Below, in pieces: positions 27,014 to 36,123 of a DNA stretch of 64,000 bases. Position numbers and translations under genes: made by a program. The notes beneath the pieces were generated by a model. That model was not told the DNA's origin. It did not search any database and was given only the letters and a program-made list of their open reading frames with translations. This DNA comes from Phycisphaerae bacterium (GTDB lineage: Bacteria > Planctomycetota > Phycisphaerae > SM23-33), in the NCBI GenBank assembly GCA_046541875.1, contig JBKHCL010000002.1, positions 3,811 through 67,810 on the forward strand. Direction: 5' to 3'. Each line of letters starts with the position of its first letter. Within the stretch, counting starts at the first letter, position 1.

Positions 27014-28126
27014 CTAGGCGAACTTGTCGTAGAAGCGGCGGTCTTCGATGATGCCCTTGCCATCGAGCACTTCGGCTGCGGCGTCGATCATGCCCGGCGA
27101 GCCGCAGAGGTACGCCTCCATCTCGGCCCCGTCCTTCACGCGGCGGTCGAGCACATCGGTAATCAGCCCGGTCTCGCCGCTCCAGTCGTCCGGCGGGTCC
27201 TGGCAGGACAGCGCGGGCACGTACTCGAACCACTCCAGTTCGTCGGCCAGGGCGTAGAGTTCCTCGGTGAGGAACATGTCACGCGGGTTGACCGCGCCGA
27301 AGAAGTAGGTGCATTTCTTGCGGAGGTCGTGTTCCTTCATGTGGCGAATCATCGACCAGAACGGGGCCATACCCGATCCGCCGGCGATCCAGACCATTTC
27401 GCGATCGGTCTCCTGCAGGCGGAAATCGCCGTAGGGGCCCGAGAGGGTCACCTCGTCGCCCTCGGAGACGTGCTCGAACACCCACGTCGTGCAGATGCCC
27501 CCGGGCACGAGGCGGATCATCAGTTCGATGTAGCCGTTGTCCGATGGTTTGGACGAAATCGAGTACGCCCGGTAGACCGGCTCGGGGTTGTCCCCGTAGG
27601 CGGGGGCTTCGAGCTGCATGTATTGGCCGGCGACGAAGTCGATGGTCTCCGGCTCGATCAGCTTGATGCGCAGCTCCTTGATATCGTGCGTCAGGTCGCG
27701 GATCTGCTCGACCCGGCCGCGGAATTCCTTGATCGAGAACAGCTCCTCGGGGATCTCGATGGCCATGTCGTTGCGGACCTTGACCTGGCAGGAGATCCGG
27801 ATGTTGTTCTCTTTCTCGGTTTCGTCCAGGAGAGGGTCTTCGGTGGGTACGACCGGGCCGCCGCCGTCAAGAATCTTGCACTTGCAGTATGCGCAGGTCC
27901 CCCGGCCGCCACAGGCGGAGGGAATGAACAACCCCTCGCCCTTGAGCGATGCCAGCAGACTTTCGCCGCCCTCGACCTGCAGTTCCTTCTCGCCGTTGTT
28001 GATCGAAATCGTGCAGATCCCGTAGTTGACGAGATACTTCTCGGCCAGCAGCAACAGCGCCGCCAGCACGGTGGACAGTACGCAGGCCGTCAGGGCCGCC
28101 AGAAGTACGCCGGTTACCAGGTTCAT
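27014..28126 (-). CDS. nqrF: Na+-translocating NADH:quinone oxidoreductase subunit F-like (2Fe-2S ferredoxin/FAD/NADH)
   Basis: N-terminal TM, plant-type 2Fe-2S motif CGGRGTCAYCKC, RxYS FAD motif (YRAYSISS), NAD-binding GGSGMAPF. Confidence 0.88.
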   Translation of the reverse strand: MNLVTGVLLAALTACVLSTVLAALLLLAEKYLVNYGICTISINNGEKELQVEGGESLLASLKGEGLFIPSACGGRGTCAYCKCKILDGGGPVVPTEDPLLDETEKENNIRISCQVKVRNDMAIEIPEELFSIKEFRGRVEQIRDLTHDIKELRIKLIEPETIDFVAGQYMQLEAPAYGDNPEPVYRAYSISSKPSDNGYIELMIRLVPGGICTTWVFEHVSEGDEVTLSGPYGDFRLQETDREMVWIAGGSGMAPFWSMIRHMKEHDLRKKCTYFFGAVNPRDMFLTEELYALADELEWFEYVPALSCQDPPDDWSGETGLITDVLDRRVKDGAEMEAYLCGSPGMIDAAAEVLDGKGIIEDRRFYDKFA

Positions 28127-28139
28127 CGAGTCGCCTCGC

Positions 28140-28805
28140 TCACAGTTTGATCATTCCCTGGAAGACGGTGAACGCCATGGCCATGATGCCGGTGATAATC
28201 AGCGTAATCCCCGGGCCCTCCAGCGCGGCGGGAATCTTCGCCTTGCTCAGCCGTTGGCGAATGCCCGCCATGATGACGATCGCCATGAACCAGCCCAGTC
28301 CGGAACCGAGCCCGAAGACGAAGACCTCCGGCAGGCCGTACCCTTTGGAGAGCACGTCGTTGACCATGAACAGGCTGGCCCCGAGGATCGCGCAGTTGAC
28401 GGTGATCAGCGGCAGGAAGATGCCCAGCGAGTAGTACAGCGGTGTCGAAATCCGCTCGATGAGCATCTCCATCAGCTGCACGAACGCGGCGATGACCACG
28501 ATGAACAGGATCAGCTTGAGGCTCTCCGCCGGGACGCCATAGGGTTCGAGCGGCTGAAGCACATACACGTACAACAGGTAGTTCAGCACGCAGGTGCACG
28601 TCGTGACGAACAGCACCGCCAGCCCCATTCCCACCGACGCCTTGAGCTGTCGGCTGATCGAGAGGAACGGGCACATTCCCAGAAACCGCGTCAGCAGGAT
28701 GTTGTTGGTCAGCGAGGCGGAAACCAGGATGAGCACCATTCCCGCGGTGAAGCCCACATCGGGCGTGGCGCCCTGGGCCTGCATCTGGGCGAGCAGGGGG
28801 GTCAT
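28140..28805 (-). CDS. nqrE: NqrE/RnfA-family membrane subunit
   Basis: Six-TM NqrDE/RnfAE family with conserved Cys in TM segments. Operon position between nqrD and nqrF. Confidence 0.85.
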   Translation of the reverse strand: MTPLLAQMQAQGATPDVGFTAGMVLILVSASLTNNILLTRFLGMCPFLSISRQLKASVGMGLAVLFVTTCTCVLNYLLYVYVLQPLEPYGVPAESLKLILFIVVIAAFVQLMEMLIERISTPLYYSLGIFLPLITVNCAILGASLFMVNDVLSKGYGLPEVFVFGLGSGLGWFMAIVIMAGIRQRLSKAKIPAALEGPGITLIITGIMAMAFTVFQGMIKL

Positions 28806-29482
28806 GCGGCACCTCCTTCAGCGGCTGCTTCGCGTTTGAGGGAATACCACCGGGCCACCCAAACGGCGATCGCCAGCAGGAAAAACGCTCCGGGGGGCAT
28901 GACCATGATCGTCCAATGTCGCCACGCCGTCTCGTGCACGCCCGGCTGGTACGCCCGGAGGAAGTCGAAGGTGATCTGCCACGACGTGCCCTTCAGCAGC
29001 GTTCCGAACCCGAGGACCTCGCGGACGATCGCGATGCTCATGAGCACCAGGCTGTAGCCCAGCCCGGCCCCGAGCCCGTCGGTGAGGGCGGGGAGGGGTT
29101 TGTTCTTGTTGGCGAACGCTTCCAGCCGACCCAGGACGATGCAGTTGGTGATGATCAGCCCGACGTAGGCGGCGATGTCCTTGTGGGTATCGAAGAAGAA
29201 CACCCGGAAGACGATGTCCACCACGATGACGAAGACGGCGATGATGAGCACCTGCACCATGATGCGGACGCGGTTGGGCGTGAAGTTTCGCAGCAGGCTG
29301 ACGGTGAGCGAGGACATCGTCGTCGCCCAGATGAGCCCGACGCACATCAGCGCGGTGTTGAACACGAGGTTCGTCACCGCCAGGGCCGAGCAGATGCCCA
29401 GCACCTGCCGGAAGATGGGGTTCTCCGCCCAGAACTGGGTCTCCAGCGCCTCTCGGGCGGTGAGTGTATCCTGCGGGGGCAT
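28802..29482 (-). CDS. nqrD: NqrD/RnfE-family membrane subunit
   Basis: NqrDE/RnfAE family membrane protein. ATGA overlaps on both sides. Confidence 0.85.
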   Translation of the reverse strand: MPPQDTLTAREALETQFWAENPIFRQVLGICSALAVTNLVFNTALMCVGLIWATTMSSLTVSLLRNFTPNRVRIMVQVLIIAVFVIVVDIVFRVFFFDTHKDIAAYVGLIITNCIVLGRLEAFANKNKPLPALTDGLGAGLGYSLVLMSIAIVREVLGFGTLLKGTSWQITFDFLRAYQPGVHETAWRHWTIMVMPPGAFFLLAIAVWVARWYSLKREAAAEGGAA

Positions 29483-30246
29483 TACACGCCTCCTTCCACG
29501 TCAGGAGCGTTGGCGTCGGGCGACGATGCGCTCTTGAGCAGGCCTTTGGCCCGGGCGGCCCGGCGGAACTGCTCGATGCGGGTATTCACGAACGCCTCGA
29601 CGGCGGTGCTGGTTCCGGTGGCGCCGGTGATGGCGTCCACGTGCCTGCCGTAGGCCGATTCGCCTTCATCCGGGCTGGACTTGGTGATGTAGATGATCTG
29701 GTCGGCCTCGGTGGGCGGTGAGATATCCAACCCCTCGAACTGCTCGGCGAAGGTCTCCTCGGTGATGCGTCCGCCCAGCCCGGGCGTTTCCTGGTGGGCC
29801 AGGAACACCGCGCCCAGCGACTTGTTCATGTCCGGGGCGACTGCGAGGATCCCGTCGATCCGCGCCCAGAAGCCGATCCCCCAGATGGGCATCGCGTAGC
29901 CGATGAGCTTGCCGCCCGCGTCGGGGTCGGTGTCGTAGGCCTGGTACGTCTGCAGCCGGGGGTCGGTGGGGTGGTTGAAGTTCACGCCGGATTCCGGGTC
30001 GATCAGGTCTCCCTCGACCTTGCGAATGTGGGTGTTGTAGAGCTCCTCGATGCGGGCATCGGACGGTTCGGGCGTCTCGGCCAGTTCGAAAACGCTCACC
30101 AGCGCACTCATCCGCGCCAGTTGCTCGTTGCGTTTGACGATATGCTGCGTCGAGGCGTGCAGCGTCATGATGGCCGCGGTGAACAGCGCGGAAACGACGG
30201 CGGCGTAGAGGATGACGTAGGTGGGATTCTTGGTATTCAGTTTCAT
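29482..30246 (-). CDS. nqrC: NqrC (FMN-binding) subunit
   Basis: N-terminal TM. Covalent-FMN attachment motif ITGATGTS near the C-terminus. Confidence 0.85.
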   Translation of the reverse strand: MKLNTKNPTYVILYAAVVSALFTAAIMTLHASTQHIVKRNEQLARMSALVSVFELAETPEPSDARIEELYNTHIRKVEGDLIDPESGVNFNHPTDPRLQTYQAYDTDPDAGGKLIGYAMPIWGIGFWARIDGILAVAPDMNKSLGAVFLAHQETPGLGGRITEETFAEQFEGLDISPPTEADQIIYITKSSPDEGESAYGRHVDAITGATGTSTAVEAFVNTRIEQFRRAARAKGLLKSASSPDANAPDVEGGV

Positions 30247-31379
30247 TGGTCACCCTTCCCGGCGGCGGCCCGGGCTTTTCGCCGGTCCTCCCAGGAGCCC
30301 ACGCCCAGTTCGATCAGCGGGGCGAGCATGTTGCCCAGCAGGATGCTGAACGTCGCGGCGGCGATGAACGGGCCCTTCCAGCGGAGGAAGACCAGCAGGA
30401 AGCCGATGACGAACGCGTAGATCAGCCGGGCCGAGTTCTTTCGCGGCGCGGAGACCGGTTCGGTCACCATGAAGACCATCGCGTACAGCGTGGTCCCGCT
30501 GAGCACCTGCCACGCCAGCGGGGGCACCTGTCCGACGTCGGTGTACCCCAGTCCCTGGCGGAACAGCAAACTGGCGGCCGTCACGCCGATGAGCCCGCCG
30601 AGCATGAGTCGCCAACTGGCGGTTTTCGTCACCAGCAGGTAAATCGCACACAGCAGGATGATCACGCCGCACCCCTCTCCGATACTGCCGGCCGCGAGGA
30701 TCTCTTCGCTGCCGCTGGGCGTCTGGAAGATCCCGCCGATGGTCCCCCACGCCATGTCCCACAGCGTGGCGCCCTGGCCGTTGTTGACGATGGCTTCGCT
30801 GCCGTACTTGGTGCCCACGAACATGGGGCTGGCCTGGGTGACCGCGTCGGCGACGGTCTCGCCGCCGGCCTGGAGATACTCGGGCAACTGCTTGAGCGAC
30901 TTGAACGACCAGTGTGCGAACCCGCCGGGAAAGCCCTGGAACGCGGGCACGAACCGCCCGGTGAGGTCCTGCGGGAAGCAGATGTACACGAACGCGCGTC
31001 CGACGATGGCGGGGTTTACCCAGTTTCGCCCGAACCCGCCGTAGACTTCCTTGCCGAACAGGACCGCGACAGCCGCCCCCACACCTGCCACCCACAGCGG
31101 TGTGGTGGCCGGCAGCGAGAGCGAATACAGCAGAATCGTCACGAACAGGGCGGTGGACACGGGTTGACCGCGATGTTGCGCGGAGACGTACTCCACCGCG
31201 AAGCCCACCAGCAGGCAGAACGCCACGATCGCCGCCACGACCCACCCGAAGAAGTAGATCCCGGTGAGCATCACGGGGATCAGGGCGTAGATCATGCGCA
31301 GCATCTGGGGCTGCTTCATGAGAAGCTTTTTGGGTTTCTTCTTTTTGGCGGCGGATCCGCCGGATGCTTGTGCGCTCAT
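30243..31379 (-). CDS. nqrB: NqrB/RnfD-family membrane subunit
   Basis: Polytopic protein with GQGATLW FMN-attachment-like motif and C-terminal VTEPVSAP...LFANL-like region resembling NqrB. Confidence 0.82.
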   Translation of the reverse strand: MSAQASGGSAAKKKKPKKLLMKQPQMLRMIYALIPVMLTGIYFFGWVVAAIVAFCLLVGFAVEYVSAQHRGQPVSTALFVTILLYSLSLPATTPLWVAGVGAAVAVLFGKEVYGGFGRNWVNPAIVGRAFVYICFPQDLTGRFVPAFQGFPGGFAHWSFKSLKQLPEYLQAGGETVADAVTQASPMFVGTKYGSEAIVNNGQGATLWDMAWGTIGGIFQTPSGSEEILAAGSIGEGCGVIILLCAIYLLVTKTASWRLMLGGLIGVTAASLLFRQGLGYTDVGQVPPLAWQVLSGTTLYAMVFMVTEPVSAPRKNSARLIYAFVIGFLLVFLRWKGPFIAAATFSILLGNMLAPLIELGVGSWEDRRKARAAAGKGDQ

Positions 31380-31476
31380 GCGGTCTCGTTTGTCCCAAGG
31401 CGTGTCGTTGCAGTGCGTCCATCAGCCATCAAGGCGGGCATCCCCTCGCCCGTGTGGATCCGTGGCGGACGGGCCG

Positions 31477-32694
31477 TTACTTCACTTCGGCGAGTTGGGC
31501 GTGCAATCTTTCGCCGATTGTCTTTCCCAGCTCCCGGCAGGAGGCCAATTCTTCGTTGGTGGGCACATATCGGCAGCGGACCGGGTCGGCCACCACGTCC
31601 ACGTCCATCTCTTCCAGCAGGGCGGTGAGGAGCTTGGGCGCTTCGCCGCTCCAGCCGAACGACCCGAAAGCGGCGCCGATGAGGTTCTTCGGCTTGAGCC
31701 CTTTGAGATAGGTCATGCAGTCGGCCAGCGTGGGGAAGATGTTGTTGTTCAATGTGGGCGAGCCAACGATCAGCGCGCCGGCTTCGAGAACCTCGGTCGC
31801 CACGTCGCTTCGGTGTGATCCGTTGAGGGGCATCAGGCGAACGGCGATGTCCTTCTCGCCCAGCCCCTCTGCCACCAGGCGGGCCATCTTCGCGGTGCTC
31901 TGCCACATCGTGTCGTAGACGATGACGGCCTTGTCGGTCTTCTCCTGGGCACTCCAGCGGGCGTAGCTGTCCAGGACGTAATCGATGTCCGAGGCGTTGC
32001 GGTAGATCGGGCCATGGTCGGGAGCGACGATCTCGATCTGTTCGCGCAGGGGCCCGAGCTTGTCCAACGCCTTGGAAATGAACGGCGCCAGGTGCATCAG
32101 GATGTTCGCGTAGTACTTGGTCAACTCGTACTGCAGCACGGACGATTCGATCTGGTCGGCGAACCGCTCATTGCCGGCCAGGTGCATCCCGAAGGCGTCC
32201 TGGCTGAACAGGAGCTTGTCCTCCTTCAGGAAGCTGACCATGCTGTCGGGCCAGTGGCACATGCGGGTTTCGTAGAACGCCAGGTGCACGCCGCCCAGGT
32301 CGATCTCCTGCCCGTCTTCGACCACGGTGACGTCCTCGATGATGTGATGCTCCGAGAGCGCGCGGGCGCCCTGCCTCGAGGCGTAAACCGTCGAGACGCC
32401 CAACTCCCCAGCCAGTTCGCCCACCAGTCCGCTGTGGTCCATCTCGGAGTGGTTGGATACAATCACATCGATTTCGCCGGGATCGGCGACCGAGGCGATG
32501 CGCTCGAGCATCTCGCTCTTGAAGGGTGCCTTGACCGTGTCGATCAGTGTGAGCTTGTCCGCTTTGACGAGAAACGCGTTGTACGTGCTGCCACGGCTGG
32601 TCGCATAGCCGTGGAAGTCCCGCAATGCCCAGTCGATCGCGCCGACCCACCAGACGTGCTCACTGACCTTTATCGCTTTGTACGTCTCAGCCAT
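31477..32694 (-). CDS. Flavodiiron protein (class A FDP; O2/NO reductase, ROO/FprA-like)
   Basis: Metallo-beta-lactamase-like diiron motif HSEMDH (FDP-type HxExDH). C-terminal flavodoxin domain VIVYDTMWQSTAKMA. 405 aa. Confidence 0.88.
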   Translation of the reverse strand: MAETYKAIKVSEHVWWVGAIDWALRDFHGYATSRGSTYNAFLVKADKLTLIDTVKAPFKSEMLERIASVADPGEIDVIVSNHSEMDHSGLVGELAGELGVSTVYASRQGARALSEHHIIEDVTVVEDGQEIDLGGVHLAFYETRMCHWPDSMVSFLKEDKLLFSQDAFGMHLAGNERFADQIESSVLQYELTKYYANILMHLAPFISKALDKLGPLREQIEIVAPDHGPIYRNASDIDYVLDSYARWSAQEKTDKAVIVYDTMWQSTAKMARLVAEGLGEKDIAVRLMPLNGSHRSDVATEVLEAGALIVGSPTLNNNIFPTLADCMTYLKGLKPKNLIGAAFGSFGWSGEAPKLLTALLEEMDVDVVADPVRCRYVPTNEELASCRELGKTIGERLHAQLAEVK

Positions 32695-32751
32695 CCGCTT
32701 GGTCCTCGCTGTCGGCCGACCCGGCCCATGACCGATCGGCTCGACGGGTTG

Positions 32752-33270
32752 TCACTTCTCTTCATCGCGCAACTGCATCAGGAGGTTCTTGAGGCTCGTT
32801 GCGTGCCCCATCTCCTGGTGGATGATGTCGTCGATTTTCGCTCGCTGGTCGGCGTTGGGCACGTATTCCTTGAGCCCGACGTAGAAGAGGATCGAGTCGC
32901 TCTCCATCTCGACGGCCCTGGCGATCACGTCGGTCAGGCGCTCCTGGCCGGTCCACGTTTTGGCGGGTCCGCCGGCCGGGTCGAACAGGCGATCGCTCGC
33001 CAGCATTTCCAGGTAGCTGCGGACGGACTCGTCGGGCTGGGCCGCCTGGTCGCCCTCGGCGGCTGCGCTTTGGCGGGCCAGCCAGTTCTCCTTCATCGCG
33101 GAGAACACCTGGAGATGATCCTCTTCCATCACCGCCAGCTGGCGGAGAAACTGCTCAGCCTTGGGGTCGCTCGCCAACTCCGCTGAGCGACGATAGAACT
33201 CCACACCATTGCTCTCCACCTGGCAGGCCAGGTCCAGCAGGTCCGCAGCGCTCATCTCATTGACAGCCAT
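32752..33270 (-). CDS. Ferritin-like diiron-carboxylate protein (rubrerythrin/ferritin-like superfamily)
   Basis: Two E..EEDH/E..H helices (VMEEDHLQVF, HQEMGH). 172 aa. Confidence 0.55.
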   Translation of the reverse strand: MAVNEMSAADLLDLACQVESNGVEFYRRSAELASDPKAEQFLRQLAVMEEDHLQVFSAMKENWLARQSAAAEGDQAAQPDESVRSYLEMLASDRLFDPAGGPAKTWTGQERLTDVIARAVEMESDSILFYVGLKEYVPNADQRAKIDDIIHQEMGHATSLKNLLMQLRDEEK

Positions 33271-33276
33271 CCGTGG

Positions 33277-33798
33277 TTACTCTCCTTCGCCTTCAGCCGG
33301 CGGCGGGGTGAAGCTTCGCTGTCCCAGCTCACGATCGATCATGAACAGCGCGCCGGGCGCTTCCTTGCTGAGCTTGAGCTGCTGGACGATCTGGTCCACG
33401 GAGGCCTCTTCCTCGACCTGTTCGTCGGTGAACCACTGCAACATCGACTCGCAGGCGTAGTCCTTCTGCTCGCGGGCGAGGGTCACCAGGTCGTCGATCC
33501 GCTGGCTGATGTACTGCTCGTGCTTGTAGGCAGCCTCGAAGGCGGCCAGCGGCGAGTCCCACTCGGTCTGAGGCGCCTCGATGGCGGTGAGCTTCACGGT
33601 CCCACCACGCTCGTTGATGTGGTGGAAGAACTTCATCGCGTGGACCATCTCCTCCTGGGCCTGGGCACGCATCCACGCAGCCGCCCCGGAGAGATTCATC
33701 GTCTCAAACCACGCCGACATGCTCCAGTACAGGTAGGCCGAGAACGTCTCAGCGTTGATCTGCTCATTGAATGCCTTCTCAATCGGCTCCTTCATCAT
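33277..33798 (-). CDS. Non-heme ferritin
   Basis: MMKEPIEKAFNEQINAETFSAYLYWSMSAW... is a canonical bacterial ferritin N-terminus with ferroxidase Glu/His residues. The start is chosen at the first ATG after an AAAGGGA RBS. Confidence 0.85.
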   Translation of the reverse strand: MMKEPIEKAFNEQINAETFSAYLYWSMSAWFETMNLSGAAAWMRAQAQEEMVHAMKFFHHINERGGTVKLTAIEAPQTEWDSPLAAFEAAYKHEQYISQRIDDLVTLAREQKDYACESMLQWFTDEQVEEEASVDQIVQQLKLSKEAPGALFMIDRELGQRSFTPPPAEGEGE

Positions 33799-33826
33799 CG
33801 TTTTGATCCCTTTCAGGTCTGTTAAT

Positions 33827-34204
33827 TCAGCTTTTCCACAGGCCATGCACGTTGCACAGCTCCCGGGCGGACAGCTCGCCGTCCACAGCCGGGAACGTAG
33901 CAGCCGGCTCGTCGTCCGGCGTCAGACGCTTGTACATTACAACGTCGCCGGCCGTCAGTTCGATCCACTGGATGAAGTGCTTGTCCTCCATCGGATGGGC
34001 GGTTTCCTTGCCCACGCGGACCTCCACCCCCTCGGCCGTTCGCTCGATGTACGGAACGTGCTTCTCGTTGGAGGCGTCCTCGGTCTTCGCTTCCAGCAGC
34101 GTCATCGGTTGGCCGCAACAGACCGGCTCGCCGGCGCCGCCTTCGATCGCCTCGACGACGATCCCGCAGACTTCACACTTGTAGACTTCCTTCGGTTTGG
34201 TCAT
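33827..34204 (-). CDS. dfx: Desulfoferrodoxin (2Fe superoxide reductase)
   Basis: N-terminal desulforedoxin CEVCG...CCG and C-terminal SOR domain (HVPYIE...H...C..H). 125 aa, start at Met88 of the track ORF. Confidence 0.88.
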   Translation of the reverse strand: MTKPKEVYKCEVCGIVVEAIEGGAGEPVCCGQPMTLLEAKTEDASNEKHVPYIERTAEGVEVRVGKETAHPMEDKHFIQWIELTAGDVVMYKRLTPDDEPAATFPAVDGELSARELCNVHGLWKS

Positions 34205-34230
34205 GGGTCCTTCCCGGTCGGGTCCGGCTG

Positions 34231-34755
34231 TCAGCTCTGCTCGGTTGCCTGCCTGACGGCCGCCAGGGCAGCGTCGTAGTTCGGCTCGTCGGTCATCTCT
34301 TCCACCAACTCCTTGTAGACGACCCTGCCGCCGGTGTCCACCACCAGCACCGCACGCGCAAGAAGTCGCAACTCCTTGATCAACAACCCGTACTTCGTGG
34401 CGAAGTCCGCGTCGCGATGGTCCGAGAGCGTCACGATCCTGTCGGCGTCCTGCCGGCCGCACCATCGCGCCTGGGCAAAGGGCAGGTCCATCGAGAGGGT
34501 GAGAATCACGACGTTGTCGCTCAACTCCCCGGCGGCGTCATTGAACTTTTTGGTCTGCGTGGAGCAGACGCTCGTATCCAGCGAGGGCACCGATGAGAGG
34601 ACAATCACCTTGCCCGACCAGTCGGACAGAGACTTCTCCGAGAGATCGTTGGCAATCGCCGTGAAGTCCACCGCCTGATCGCCCACGCTGACGTCCTGCC
34701 CGATCAGTGTCAGCGGGTCGCCCTTGAATGTAATTGCGCCTTCCTGTTCAGCCAT
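34231..34755 (-). CDS. tpx: Thiol peroxidase Tpx (atypical 2-Cys peroxiredoxin)
   Basis: Near-collinear with E. coli Tpx, including SVPSLDTSVC peroxidatic Cys and DLPFAQARWC resolving Cys. Start at Met27 of the track ORF. Confidence 0.88.
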   Translation of the reverse strand: MAEQEGAITFKGDPLTLIGQDVSVGDQAVDFTAIANDLSEKSLSDWSGKVIVLSSVPSLDTSVCSTQTKKFNDAAGELSDNVVILTLSMDLPFAQARWCGRQDADRIVTLSDHRDADFATKYGLLIKELRLLARAVLVVDTGGRVVYKELVEEMTDEPNYDAALAAVRQATEQS

Positions 34756-34874
34756 CGTCGTCACTCCTTGTGCTGTGCATGGGTTGCGGTGCAACCGGCC
34801 GCCGGAGAGAACCCTCCCCGGCGGCGTCGGCACCTTGATTCATCCTATGCACCTGCCGCGTACAATTGACCGAT

Positions 34875-35426
34875 TCAGGCGGCGAAAGCGATGTACTTCG
34901 CGCCGTCGGCGCTGCAGATGGGACACTTGTCCGGGGCGTCGCCTTCCAGCGTGTGGCCGCAAACCGGGCAAATCTGTACCGTCCCCAGCGCCAGGTCTTC
35001 GCCGTTGTCGACGGCCGTCTTGGCGTCGTGGAACATCTTCGCGTGAATCTTCTCGGCCGAGATCGCGTAATGCATGCTGCGCTGGGCGCCGCTTTCGTCC
35101 TGCATCTCCGCCACCGCCAGATAGGCCGGGTACATCTCATTGATCTCGAATTCCTCGCCGCCGATGGCGCCGGAGAGGTTCTCGGAGGTGCTCGCCAGCC
35201 CGAACCCCGCCATCGAGGTCACCGGGTGGTCGCCCCCGACATCTTTCATCGCGCGGAAATGCCCCGTCGCGTGGGCCTGCTCGGCCCGGGAAATCGCCCG
35301 GAACAACCGGGCGACGTTCGGAAATCCGTCCTTCTCGGCCTTGTCGCCCCAGATCATGTAGCGCATATGGGCCTGGGATTCGCCCCCAAAAGCACTGCGA
35401 AGGTTCTCAGCGGTCATGTCATGCAT
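34875..35426 (-). CDS. rbr: Rubrerythrin
   Basis: Diiron four-helix bundle (E..H pairs) plus C-terminal rubredoxin-like CPVCG...CPIC. Alternative start at Met4 (35417). Confidence 0.88.
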   Translation of the reverse strand: MHDMTAENLRSAFGGESQAHMRYMIWGDKAEKDGFPNVARLFRAISRAEQAHATGHFRAMKDVGGDHPVTSMAGFGLASTSENLSGAIGGEEFEINEMYPAYLAVAEMQDESGAQRSMHYAISAEKIHAKMFHDAKTAVDNGEDLALGTVQICPVCGHTLEGDAPDKCPICSADGAKYIAFAA

Positions 35427-35516
35427 GTGTTGCTCCTCTCTGTGGAAATAGCCCTTGCGGGCATCCTCGATACCAACTGGTTCCGTGAAATCATCCCCGG
35501 GCAGAATGCCCGGCAG

Positions 35517-35948
35517 CTATGCCGTCTCGTCGGCCTTGCGGTCATCGAGGCAGGACGGGCAAACCCCGACGTACTCGATGCGATAGCCCTGTACATCATA
35601 CCCACCGGCATCTTCCAGCAGATCGACGGCGGCGGGAATTTCCCGGACCTCGACGTCGTCCACCCGGCCACACTGCTCACAACGGATGTGCACGTGCGGA
35701 TACAGGTCGGCGTCGTACCGCCGCTGGGGACCACCCTCGATCCGCTTGATCGCACCGCACTCGGCGAGCACTTCCAGGTTGCGATACACCGTCCCGAGGC
35801 TGATGCGAGGCAGCGTCCGCCGAACCGCCCGGTACACATCGTCGGCGGTGGGGTGGGCGTCGGTCGCCTGGAGCTCCGAGAGAATCAGCCGACGCTGACG
35901 CGTCATCCGCCGACCCTGACCTCGAAACTCGTTCTCTTTGTCGCTCAT
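35517..35948 (-). CDS. perR: Fur-family peroxide-responsive repressor (PerR-like)
   Basis: Fur-family HTH, regulatory H..H.H site and structural zinc site CEQCG...CPSC. Leads the redox-stress gene cluster. Confidence 0.75.
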   Translation of the reverse strand: MSDKENEFRGQGRRMTRQRRLILSELQATDAHPTADDVYRAVRRTLPRISLGTVYRNLEVLAECGAIKRIEGGPQRRYDADLYPHVHIRCEQCGRVDDVEVREIPAAVDLLEDAGGYDVQGYRIEYVGVCPSCLDDRKADETA

Positions 35949-35952
35949 AGGA

Positions 35953-35975
35953 ATTCTTATTGATTAGAATAGCCC
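35953..35975 (-). promoter_or_regulatory. AT-rich inverted repeat ATTCT-N8-AGAAT plus GGGCTATT element immediately upstream of perR (candidate PerR/Fur-type operator)
   Basis: Conspicuous AT-rich 18-mer in a GC-rich background, overlapping the perR RBS region. The GGGCTATT element, about 20 nt upstream of the perR ATG, recurs about 21 nt upstream of the rbr ATG. Confidence 0.3.
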
Positions 35976-36123
35976 CTGAAACTACGGCAAGCAAGGGAAT
36001 ACCCGAAGAATTCGCCTGTTTCAAGTACTCTTTAAGGTATATCCGTGTGAATGCGTGCATCCGACCCCGTCAACCCGGAAAAATCGCGTCGGCTGGGGGG
36101 CCACGGCCACGGGCTGGCGCGGG

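Noticed and set aside
31380-32694. Possibility that the gene upstream of nqrB is a divergent NqrA.
   Set aside because: The protein has the FDP diiron motif HSEMDH in a metallo-beta-lactamase-like domain and a flavodoxin domain (VIVYDTMWQSTAKMA). NqrA has neither, so nqrA is genuinely absent at this position.
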